NCBI GenBank assembly: GCA_964016885.1
Contig: OZ024743.1
Span: 371,256,001-371,320,000, forward strand
Source of the DNA: Eledone cirrhosa
Taxonomy: Eukaryota
DNA length: 64,000 nt
Direction: 5' to 3'
Made by a program: the position numbers and the translations under genes
Shown here: piece after piece, positions 12,696 through 24,604 of the stretch
Layout of the letters: the number at the start of each line of letters is the position of its first letter
Position numbering within the stretch: the first letter of the stretch is position 1
Notes under the pieces: model-generated
The model's database searches: none
What the model saw: only the letters and a program-made list of their open reading frames with translations
What the model was told of the DNA's origin: nothing

Positions 12696-13527
12696 AGGAG
12701 TCAATCAAGGCCAAAAAGCATGCTTGAAAGTATGGCGGGATGGGGGAAGTAGAGAAGACTATCAAGTGGCCAGGAGGGAAGCTAGGAGACAAGTGTACTT
12801 CGCAAGAAGGGAAGCAGAGGAAAGAAAGTTCAAGCATGTTCTACAACGCGAGGACCAAAAACGTGAGGTGTTCAGGATTGCTAGGCAATGTGTCAAGGAA
12901 AACCGTGATATTGTCGGGGAGAAGTGTGTACTTAATGATGATGGCATACTTGCCATCACTGACGCTGATAAGAAGGTAGCTTGGAAGTGTCACTATGAAA
13001 GGCTACTAAATGAGGAGAATAAATGGGAGAAAGACAGTCTCCCCCACATCGACCCAATAGAGGGACCAGCAGTGTTAGTCGAGGGGAGTATAATAAGTAA
13101 GGCAATCAAAGATATGAAGACGGGTAAGGCGGCTGGGCCTTCGGAAATAGTTGCTGAGATGCTGAAGGCCTCTGGAACGGTGGGACACACTATGGTCACC
13201 CGGATAGTAAACCAAGTCATACAGAATGGGGTCGTACTGAAGGACTGGCATAGCAGCATCATCATTAACTGCTACAAGGGTAAAGCCTTTGACAGAGTCC
13301 CACGCCCCATTATCTGGTGGGCTCTCAGAAAACTAGGTGTTGACGAATGGCTTGTGAGAGCTACACAAGCCATGTATAAAGAAACAGTCAGCAAGGTTAG
13401 AATTAACAACGAATATAGTGAAGAGTTTAGCGTAAAAGTTGGTGTCCATCAGGGCTCTGTTCTTAGCCCCCTACTATTTATTATTGCCCTTCAGGCTATA
13501 ACAGAGGAGTTCAAGACCGGCTGCCCA
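12696..13527 (+). mobile_element. RTE family C internal fragment with in-frame internal deletion
   Basis: near identity to 25903-26972; CYKGK joined directly to AFDRVP. Confidence 0.9.
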
Positions 13528-13737
13528 TACAGATCGAACCTTGAGCTGATCAGTGGCGAAACGCGCGTCACCTACCATTAAATGTAATGAAGGAGTAACC
13601 AATCGTCCTTGTTATCTTTTCGATATAATACACTCTGTATAGCTCTACACCTCGACACTGAAGTGAACCTAAACACCGAGTGCTCACCCAGGTGAACCTA
13701 CAGTAACTCCAAGTTACACTCCCTTGATATATATATA

Positions 13738-14133
13738 TATAAGTTAAAACAATGAAATAAAAAAAACAAATCATTAGAGATATACTTCACTGCTTTACGA
13801 TCGTTTCTAGGTGATGATAATACATTGTAGCTATACTTCGTTATTGATCTATGTACGGTTAGTTACAAAATCTCAGATAAAGAGAATATTTACTTACATG
13901 CATATTACCAGCTGTTTTCAAAAGCAAACTTTGTATTTTATCTGATGCTTTTGAAAACAGCTGGTGATATGCATGTAAGTAAATATTCTCTTTATATGAT
14001 ATTTTGTAACTAACCTTACATAGATCAATAACGAAGTATAGCTACAATGTATTATCATCACCTAGAAACGATGGTAAAGCAGTGAAGTATATCTTTAATG
14101 ACTTGATTTTTTATTTCATTGTTTTAACTTATA
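13738..14133. repeat. ~190-bp-arm inverted repeat (PLE pLTR-like) with ~19-bp spacer
   Basis: 13738-13926 vs 13946-14133; left arm recurs at 63826-64000. Confidence 0.85.
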
Positions 14134-15461
14134 TCATGACTCTGTTTTCCTTTTAATGTTTTATTGTTTTCTGGGATTTATTTTAACCTACAACATTTTC
14201 AACATATGGATTACATTGAGTTCTTCATGCAGAATAGACCCCACAACTTACCGTGGATATCTCTGTGTATATATATATTTATTTATTTATTTATTTATTT
14301 ATTTATAATTCTCCAAAACTTGAAAGCCCCTTCCACTTGCCTCAACTCCAAGAGCGAGATCTTCAGATGTTGTCCACATCTGAAATCGCATCTACTTTTT
14401 AACTGGATTGACATTCCTATGATAACTCAACCACCTTGAGCTTCTTCTTTACTCATTACGCCTTCCACTCACCACAAATATTATTACCCTAAGAACTCAT
14501 ACTTTTTACCCATATATACTTTTTCTCCCTCATCTCCTATATCTCTTTAATTTATTATTTTTTTCCTATTATTTAAAAAATAATTTTCAGTTATAATCCC
14601 TCCTACTTTCTACCATACCCTTTACACATGCACACCCACCACCTTTATCCTTTACTCAGTTCACTCTTTAACCAGATACTTTTATCTAGATCTCATCGCA
14701 AACCTTTTACAACACTTTTTTCCCTTACCTATTCTTAATAATTGTGTTTATTATTTCAATTTTACTCCCCTTTTGTCCTTACTTACCCACTGGGTTTTTA
14801 TGTTTCCACATAGGGCTGTGTGTGGGCGCAATTGCAGACAGGCTCATGCATACATACATTTATAGTATTTTGATTACTTATTTGTACGTGTGTGTATGTG
14901 TGCGTGTATGTATATGTATATCATCATCATCATATATATATATATTTATTTATTTATATATATATATTTATTTATTTATATATATATATATGTATATGTA
15001 TATATGTGTACGTATGTATGTGTGTGTATGTATGTGTGTATATATATGTATATATATATATATATGTATATATATATGTGCATGTGTTTGTATGTATATA
15101 TATTTATGTGTGTGAGTTTATTTATGATTATATTCTTATATATGGTTCTATGTATGTGTGTACGTATATAGTTGTGTGTATGCGGTTGTATATATGCTTT
15201 TGTTTTTGTCTGTATAGTCTTACGTATGGTTTTGTATGCGTGTGTTGATTTCTCATGATGTGCGAGTGCGCGCACGCATGTGTATACGTTTTTACGTAGG
15301 CTTTGTACCAATGCTCTTTTTTGTAGGGTTTATGTGTGTGTTAGTATGTTTGGTTGTATGCATGTTTTATATACATGTGTATGTGTATATGTATTTTTGC
15401 ACGCATGTGTATGTGGATATGTACGTATGTTTATTTTTATATTTTTGTGTATATATAGATA

Positions 15462-18328
15462 TGTTTCTTTTATTTGCCACTAGGGCATCAAAAGTGGGAC
15501 AAGTACAAAGGGGGGAGTTTACACAAAAAGGCGTCCTCAATAAGGAGGAGGCAATAACAAAATATAAAAATAAAATAAGATATAACAAAAAATAAAATTT
15601 TTAACAAAATCCTCAATAGAGAGGAGGCGCCTTGGGGGGTCGCACACACCCCCGAAAAAAGTGTGCAACCCTTCTCCTCAGGAGCACAGAGAAGGGGTGC
15701 TCCCTTGGTCTTTCATCTTCCTCACCTATAGTCTGATGTAGAGTGAAGGCCCATTCACACGGGCCATTCTCGCCACTTTCACCCATCTTTCATAGAAACG
15801 GCTGGGGTGCAGCACCTCTCTCTCCATCCTGATCCTTCTTCCGAAATGATATCGGAAGAAACGGACCAGTTGTTGGCCAGAGAGAAAGGTGCCTGACCTC
15901 AGTCCTTTCAGACGCGTCCACCATACAACCTCTTTCGCCATGGCTATTACGCACAGAAACACCGCCTCTGCTTCATCTTTGAAGGGGGGAGGCGGCTTGA
16001 TCATTACAATAGACTCGGTGGTCAACCGGATCGGTCCCACCCTTGACAGCAGTTGTTCGACATAGCCCCACAGATCGGCTACGCCCGAGCAGTGTACCAA
16101 TGCGTGTGCAACGGTTTCCTCGTCGCACACGCATCTGGGACAGATCTTTTTGGCGGGGTCCCTACCCGGGCGCCCGTGTCTGTAGAGCCTTTCTCGAACG
16201 GGTAAAGCCCCTCGGTAGCACTGCCAGGCCAGGGACTTCTGGAAGTTGTCCATAGGTCCTGGGCTGAATGTCCTACCGAACAGGCTGGCCAGTTCGTCCT
16301 CCTCCATGTCTAGGGCTTCTCCGAGGGCGTCGTCGCACCTGCTGCGTACCAGCCCTCTATAGAATGTTGCGGTGGAGTCTCCACTGATAACCGGATCCGC
16401 CTGCCAGAGGGCGGTGAGCGCCTGGGCACACTCAGTGTGCCAGGCGCCCAGTTTTCTCGGTCTTTGCTTGACCCAGGATTGCAGCTCGGTGAGTGAGACG
16501 AGTCTGGGAAAGGTTCGTCTCACAAACGAGGCCCACACCGGTTGTCCGGTGAGGAATACGTAGAGGTGCCGTAGCCTTAATGCGTGTTTACGCATCATTA
16601 GCCACGGCATCCTCAGCCCTCCTTTCGAAGGGTGTTGACAGCAGATGGATCTCCTCACCATAGGAGCCCGCCTCTTCCAAAGGAATTGGAAGAGCGCGCG
16701 CTCCATCTTGGTGAGGGTTTCCCTTGGGCAGGGCACTACGGTCAGGCGGTAGTAGATGACGGACGCTATGTAGGTGTTCGCCACTTCCGCCCGACCTTTC
16801 AGGGATAGTTTGCAACTGGCCCACTTCTGGGTCAGTGCAAACACCCTGTTCGTAACCTCCGCCCAGTTTTTCTCCACCTGGAGGTCCGGTCCGAACCAGA
16901 CCCCGAGCAACTTCACCGGGCCCTCCGTCCAGCGTCCGACGACGCTATCGGAGGGCATCGGTCTGCCCCTCCACGTGCCGAGTTGCAAACCGATCGACTT
17001 GTCCCGGTTCAGCTTAGCCCCTGTGAACCTTTCGTACTCCTCCAGTAAGGTGCCGACCGCCTCGATTTCGGAGGCCGTCGACACCATTACTGTCACGTCA
17101 TCGGCGTAGGCCGACACCGCTTTCCGCAATCCCGGTTCCAAGGGGATGCCCTGCAACAACTCCAACTTCCGCAGTAGTGGCTCGAGAGTCAACACATACA
17201 GAAGGGAGGAGAGAGGGCACCCTTGTCGGATGGACCGCGCGATTTGGAACGGCTCCGAGAGGTAGCCGTTCACCTTGACCCTAGAGCAGATGCGGCTGCT
17301 GTGCATAGCAGTGATCCAGCCCCTGAAAACGGGTCCGAAGCCTGCCGCCGCTAGCACCGTATCCAGGTAACCATGGTCGACCCTATCGAACGCCTTAGAT
17401 TGATCCAAGTTGATCAGAGCCCCACCAAAGCCGGGTTCGTTCCCAACCCTCTCTATGATGTATCGCATGAGGTGGAGGTTGTCATGGATGGACCTGGACG
17501 GGATAGCGCATGTCTGCGCATCTCCCACCAGGTTGCCCACGACAAGCGCCAACCTCTTTGCTAGCACCTTGGCCAAAATCTGTAACTCTGTATTTAGCAG
17601 TGTTATGGGCCTGAAGTTACTTATTTCGTCCCCCTTGTTCTCGTCCTTCCTCACTAGCGTGACTACGCCCTTGGTCACAGTACAGGGAATTCTCCCGTTC
17701 TGTTGCCAGTTGCAGTAGACCGCCTCGAGGAGATTGGGGAACAAGTCCGGCATAGCTAGATATAATTCGTAAGGAAGACCATCGAGACCCGGGGATTTGC
17801 GTTTGCCGCATTGGCTCAGCACGTCCTCTATCTCAGCGGCCGAAATCGGCTCCTCGCAGGACTTCGCCTCCCTGTCCGAGAGGCGCGGCAGGCCGTCGAG
17901 GTATGGACCGAAGTCCACGTTCCCAACCGGCTCCCCGCCCCTCCCGAACAGTCGGGCAAAGTGCCTTTGAAAGGCCTCACACATCTGCTTAGGCTCAAGA
18001 ATCGCCCGTCCATCCAGGTCTCGCAAAGACCGGATGGTGGATTTAGTTCCACTGTTGGCCTCTGTCACGCGGGCCCAGCTAACAGCTTTGGTCCCCTCGT
18101 TCCCTAGAGCACGTATTTTACTTCGGACAACGCAGCCTTCGTGCTTCGCGTCGAAAAACTGGCTCAAAGCCGTTCTCGACGCTAGCACTCTGGCCACGTC
18201 GCCGCTTCTAATTGCCTCTTCTACTCTATCTATTAGCTCCCTTTCCTTCCTATTCCTATCCGCAGCTAGAACCTTACTAAATTCTATCGAGACTACTCTA
18301 ATCTCTCTCTTTAGAGATACCCACCACC
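15462..18328 (-). mobile_element. Tx1/L1-clade LINE, 5'-truncated, uninterrupted RT and C-terminal CCHC finger
   Basis: ORF to 15726: KSPGLDGLP, NFRPITLLN, LDQSKAFDRVDH, IRQGCPLS, AYADDV, CPRC..EETVAHALVHC; 3' AATAAA; candidate 16-bp TSD TGTGTATATATAGATA at 15446-15461 and 18329-18344. Confidence 0.93.
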
Positions 18329-18920
18329 TGTGTATATATAGATAGATAGATAGATATATGTATGTGTGTGTATGTATATATATATATGTATATACACATA
18401 CATTTGTGTATGTGTTTTTATACATGTGTATGAGTATTTGTGCATGTTTTTGTGTGTGTGTGCATGTGTATGTATGTGTGTATACATATATATGTATATA
18501 CTATATACATATATATTTATGTATATGCACACCTCGTGTATTTGTTTATTTTTAATTGTTTTTATTTTTCCCCCTTCTCACTTATCATTGTCAACACGTA
18601 TCTTTTATTTTTGACTTTGTATTTTTTGTTCTTCATTTATTTATTTATTCTTATATCATGTATATGTATGTGTATGTATTTTGCCCATGTCTGTAGATAC
18701 ATATACGCTTATGTGACAAAGTATACGTCTACGTACTTTTTAAGTATATGCGCGTGGTTGAGTGTGTGTATGTTTATATATTCATTGTTTTTATATATAC
18801 ATATGTATTTTTCTTTTTTCTTTTTTTCTCTTCTTTATCACCCGTTGTTTCCTCAGCCTCACTTTCATATTTCTTATATTTTGTTTTCAAATCCATATTT
18901 AATAAAAACACCATGTTTTA

Positions 18921-18978
18921 TTCATTCTGACGACTGAAAACAGATATATCTGCTTTCAAGAAACCACTGGTAAATGAA
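18921..18978 (+). ncRNA. Minimal type I hammerhead ribozyme
   Basis: TTCATT-CTGACGA-CTGAAAACAGAT/ATCTGCTTTCAA-GAAA-CCACTGG-TA-AATGAA. Confidence 0.82.
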
Positions 18979-19026
18979 ATAATTATCTAATGTTGTTTAT
19001 TACTTAACTAATAAGCTCTGTAGCCT

Positions 19027-19079
<53 letters not shown>

Positions 19080-19081
<2 letters not shown>

Positions 19082-19570
19082 GACAAAGCTTTATGAAGGC
19101 AGTTTGAGAATAATTCACTTTTTTTGTTAATTAAGTTTTCATAATTATTAATTATCAATAGGGTCTCCATTGTACAAAGAACGCAGTTACTTGATATACT
19201 TGAGTTGCGGTAAACTCCACTATTACAAAGTAAGTTTCGTCCAAAAGATAGAGTATTTTAAATTTTTGTCTTTTAATAACCATATAAGCTGTGATAAAGA
19301 AGTCGATGATTTCCTATTAGAATTCGAAAATGAGCATTTATGATTCGCAAATCTAGCCTTAAATGTAGTAGAAGTCGATCCTATGTAGTTGTATGTGTTG
19401 TAATCAGTTTTTACGGTGCATTTATACACCAAATTACTGTCTAAACAATTATTTTGCAGAGGACAATCTGGTTTATTTCTACAATTACATTTTGATTTAT
19501 TATTATTTATGTTAACACTATTATTAAAATCATTAGGCCGATTCTGCTTTAGAATTTTACTGTTTATTTT
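19080..19570 (-). mobile_element. PLE GIY-YIG fragment
   Basis: CNCRNKPDCPLQNNCLD, VYKCTV...NYIGSTSTTFKARFANH. Confidence 0.85.
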
Positions 19571-19589
19571 AGCAATAATTTAGGCCAAT

Positions 19590-19918
19590 TACGTTTTTTG
19601 CATGTTCTCATTTGTAGGGTATAAATATTGAGTTTTCTCACAAGTTAATCACTACCTTGATTAAATCATAACCATTTAACATGTCAGAGTATGTCATGTA
19701 TCATTTTATTTTATCTGATGAGGATGTACTATTGAATTTGATTCAAGTACCTCTGAAATATGTATAATAAAATTTAATTGATCACAAGAACATCTATTTT
19801 ATTTTATTAATATTAAATTTAATATTAATAACTCTGGAAAATATCTTTCGGTAGAGTGCTTTCAATCGACTGTAAAACTCATTCTTTGATGTACTCATTG
19901 AATCTTGTTTAACTCTTT
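19590..19918 (+). mobile_element. PLE pLTR, inverted relative to the adjacent GIY-YIG fragment
   Basis: homologous to the reverse complement of 29315-29620; contains a hammerhead. Confidence 0.75.
19709..19772 (+). ncRNA. Minimal type I hammerhead ribozyme
   Basis: TTTTAT-CTGATGA-GGATGTAC..GTACCTCT-GAAA-TATGTA-TA-ATAAAA. Confidence 0.8.
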
Positions 19919-19945
19919 AAAAAAATATATATATGTATATATATA

Positions 19946-20014
<69 letters not shown>

Positions 20015-20099
20015 GAGAGAGAGAGAGAATATATGTATGTATATATATAGAGAGAGAGAGAGAATATATGTATATATATATATAATATATATATAGTAT

Positions 20100-20152
<53 letters not shown>

Positions 20153-20306
20153 TGTTATACTTTGGGAGGGTCATGTTGCCAATAAGAAACACACGCACCA
20201 GTTGCTTTCACTTCAATTTATTATAATAAATTTATAAATTTAGGAATTTATAAATTTCCGGTTGGTTGGTTGGTTGGTTCCACAACCAGATGATTGTTTA
20301 TATATT

Positions 20307-20349
20307 GTCAAAGTTCTTTCGTCACACATTCTGTGACCTCTTCAGTGAC
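20307..20349 (-). ncRNA. Minimal type I hammerhead ribozyme
   Basis: minus strand GTCA-CTGAAGA-GGTCACA/TGTGAC-GAAA-GAAC-TT-TGAC. Confidence 0.72.
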
Positions 20350-20445
20350 GTCTTATTGGCAACATGACCCTCCTAAAGTATAGCAATATCGGTTTCAACA
20401 CACGTTTCTTCAGATAAAGAATCCTGCTAAACAAATTCAGAAACG

Positions 20446-20884
<439 letters not shown>

Positions 20885-23800
20885 CAGCACAGTAACAAAT
20901 AGGAACAACAAAATATGAAGACGTCACATCTCAGAGTTGTAACACTTAATGTTGGCACTCTCTGAGGTAGATCTGCTGAAATAGCGGAGATGCTGGAGAG
21001 AAGGCATGTGGATGTGTGCTGCGTGCAAGAGGTAAGATGGAGAGGTGCCTCTGCGAGACTAGTCGTAGGCAAACGTCTTAGCTATAAGCTATTCTGGGTA
21101 GGTAAGGATGATGGGTTAGGGGAAGTAGGCATTTTCCTGGCTGAGAAATTGATCAATAAGACAATAGAGGTAGTTCGAGTTAGTAATCGAATAATTAAGC
21201 TTAGATTAGTTGTAGGCAGGAGACTACTGACAATCATCTCGGCCTATGCTCCCCAAGCAGGCCTAGGCAAAGATGAGAAAGACTGCTTTTACGAGCAACT
21301 TTTACAAACAACCGCAATGACAGAGGACGAAGACATCGTTATGCTAGCAGGAGACTTCAATGGTCATGTTGGACAGCTCCAGGATGGTTACACTGGGGTA
21401 CATGGTGGGCACGGTTGTGAGACTTCTTGACTTTTGTGATGCAGGTACATTGACTATTTGCAACACAAACTTCCAGAAACCTGCCAATCACCTAATAATC
21501 TACAAATCTGGCGAGCACATGAGCCAGATTGACTTCTTACTAGTTAGGCAGCGGGACAGGCAGATAGTGTCTAATACCAAGGCATACCATGGGGAAGAAT
21601 GTACCCCATAGCATAGGTTAGTCGTTAGTGATATCTCAGTAAGCAAGAGATGGAATGAGACATACAGGAAGGTGTGGCGAAGAAAGGTCTGGAAGCTAAA
21701 AGACCTTTCACTAAAATACAAATTTAGGAAAGCCCTTCAAGATGTATATGACGAAAAAGAAGACGATTTAGAGATGTATGACATAGATAATAAATGGAAT
21801 TTCTTACGTGACAACTTACTGCAGGCTACTGATGAAACTTGTGGCTGGAGCAGAGCTCCAACCAGTCAGAGAGTGACCTGGTGGTGGAACAGCACAGTAG
21901 ATAAGGCCATTAGAGACAAAAGACTAGCATGGAAGGCTTGGAAAAATGGTGGGAGTAGAGAAGGATACACAGCCGCTAAGAGAGAAGCTAGAAGTCAGGT
22001 GTACTTAGCATGCAGGGAGGCTGAGAGTGGGAGGTTTGCCAATGTTCTGCGACGGGAAGATCAGAGGCGTGCGGTGTTCCACATTGCAAGGCAGTGTGTC
22101 AATGCAAATCAGGATGTTGTTGGAGATAAATGTGTCCGGGATGATGCCGGTGTACTTAGTGTCACGAATGATCAGACAAAGGAGGCCTGGAAATGTCATT
22201 ATGAGAGACTGATGAATGTGGAGAACGAATGGAAGAGAGAGAAATTACCCTTAGTAGATCCGACAGAGGGACCAGCTATTGAGATTGACGAATATAGGGT
22301 CCAAGAGGCGATTAGGGAAAAGAAAAAGGGTAAGGCTGCTGGACCATCGGGAATAGTTGCTGAGATGCTGAAGGCATCAGGAGACGTAGGCACTAAACTG
22401 GTTGCACGCATCATCAATCAGGCTATATATGGTGGTGTCATACACAAACACTGGTGCAGCAGTATTCTCATAAATTGCTACAAAGATAAAGGGGATGCTC
22501 TGGAGAGGAGCAATTATAGGGGTATGAAACTGATAGATCAGGTTATGAAAGTGGCAGAAAGGATATTAGCACAACTAATTAGAGAAAGGGTCAAACTAGA
22601 TGAGATGCAGTTTGGTTTTGTGCCTGGGAAGAGTACAACAGATGCCCTCTTCTTGGTGAGACAATTGCAAGAGAGGTTCTTAGAGAAAAATAAGCCACTA
22701 TACTTAGCCTTTGTTGACCTAGAGAAGGCCTTTGATAGGGTACCCCGATCTGTCATCTGGTGGTCCCTAAGGAAGCTAGGTGTTGAGGAATGGCTTGTGA
22801 GGACAGTGAAAACTTTGTACAGAGGTACTCTCAGTAAAGTCAGGGTAGGAATGGAGTTTAGTGAGGAATTCCAGATACAAGTAGGAGTACATCAAGGTTC
22901 GGTCCTCAGCCCGCTCTTGTTCATTATAGTCCTCCAAGCCATAACAGAGGAGTTTAAGACTGGCTGTCCATGGAAACTTCTCTATGCTGACAATCTGGTT
23001 CTTATAGCAGAATCAGTAGAGGAGCTAGAGAATAAATTCTGGCTATGGAAACAGCAGTTGGAAGCAAGAGGACTGAGAGTGAACCTAGCTAAGACAAAAG
23101 TGTTGATGAGTAGAAAAGAGGACAAAACCCTGATTCCGTCAGGGAAATGGCCATGTAGAAAAGGAACTGGCATAAATTCTATAAAATGCACACAATGCAG
23201 ATCCTGGGTACACAAGAGATGTAGCGGGATAGCAGGCAAACTAACAGGTAGGGAGAAATATGTATGCAGTCGATGTACAGGGAAATTAGACAGTAGAAGT
23301 CGCATTGATAGACACATTTTTCAAATGCAGGAGGGCGCTATAGAAGTGGTGGATAGCTTCCGGTACCTAGGAGATCAGATTAGCATGGGGGGAGGGTGTT
23401 CCGAGGCCATAGTATCTAGAATAAGGACGGGTTGGAAGAAGTTTAGGGAGCTGCTTCCTCTGTTGAAGAAGAAGGGTTTCTCCCTGCGTACGAAAGGCCG
23501 GTTGTATGATGCCTGTGTGAGGAGCGCGATGCTGCATGGTTGTGAGACATGGGCAGCAACTGCAGAGGATATGCAACGGCTGGAGAGAAATGAGGCAAGC
23601 ATGCTCCGTTGGATGTGCAGTGTAAATGTGTGTGAACGACCCAGCATAAATGTGTTGAGAGAGAAACTGTGTCTGAGAGGGATAGAATGTAGTGTATGGG
23701 AGAGGAGACTGAGGTGGTATGGACATGTGATGCGCATGGAGGATGACCGATGGGTGAAGAAGTGCCAGGAAATGCCAGTTGAAGGAAGACTTAGTAGTGG

Positions 23801-23972
23801 TAGACCACGAAAAACATGGGAGGAGGTGGTGAGAACAGACCTCAGATCATTGAAGCTCACGGCGGAGATGACGAGGGACCGTGACGAGTGGAGAGATGCT
23901 GTGCTGAATAAGACCCGTCCCACCCTTGCAAGCAGGGAAAAGCGGACGTAAAATGATGATGATGATGATGAT
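20885..23972 (+). mobile_element. RTE family A LINE, near full-length, mutated (APE-RT-PHD)
   Basis: TLNVGTL, CCVQEVRW, AGDFNGH, SQIDF; 759-aa ORF 21672-23951 (YADD mutated to YADN); stop directly before (TGA)n tail. Confidence 0.95.
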
Positions 23973-23987
23973 ATAATATATATATAT

Positions 23988-24033
<46 letters not shown>

Positions 24034-24198
24034 CTCGATTCTTCTCTCCATTCTAATCCATTAGTCATTCATTCAATCACCATTCTATATCATATTTTCA
24101 CCATTCTATATCATATTTTTTCTCTAAAATCATATTTTCTCTATCATCGCATTTTTCTCTATCGTATTTTCTTAAACAAAACAAATCTTGTATTTTCA

Positions 24199-24604
24199 TT
24201 TATTGTTAAATTATGCCCAAAATACGGGGATCTTATCTTAAATCTTACATTCTCTTAATTCTGTCGTATTCTCATAACAAAACAAATCACTCTTATATAT
24301 TCTTTTAAATATATTTTGTTAAACTTGCTAAGTTTTACGCAAAACTTCGAGTGCTTATTTAAACTCTTAACCTCTCTGCTCCATCCCATCTTCTACCCTC
24401 TACCCATACATCATGCTGGTTCCTGCCCCCCCCCCCTCCCTCTCTATACATATAAGATAAACCCTACCAAAATTAATCAAAATCGCCAACTCGCTATTCT
24501 GGTATGGCTGTTTCCTCGGTATAAAGTACCGTTCAAATATTTTTATCGTTTATTGTTAAATTATGCCCAAAATACGGGGATCTTATCTTAAACCTTACAT
24601 TCTC
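24199..24604. repeat. ~55-bp direct repeat 350 bp apart (possible pLTR-like remnant)
   Basis: TTTATTGTTAAATTATGCCCAAAATACGGGGATCTTATCTTAAA at ~24199 and ~24549. Confidence 0.65.

Larger units (their letters stand above)
14150..19030 (+). mobile_element. PLE C-terminal remnant and 3' region, interrupted by a Tx1/L1 LINE
   Basis: CLNSKSEIFRCCPH (PLE C-terminal motif) at ~14340-14380; hammerhead at 18921; continuity across the insertion is inferred from the TSD. Confidence 0.55.

Noticed and set aside
13545-13575. GTGGC-GAAA-CGCGCG-TC-ACCT hammerhead 3' half
   Set aside because: CUGANGA and 5' stem I missing (truncated by the RTE junction); not counted as a ribozyme
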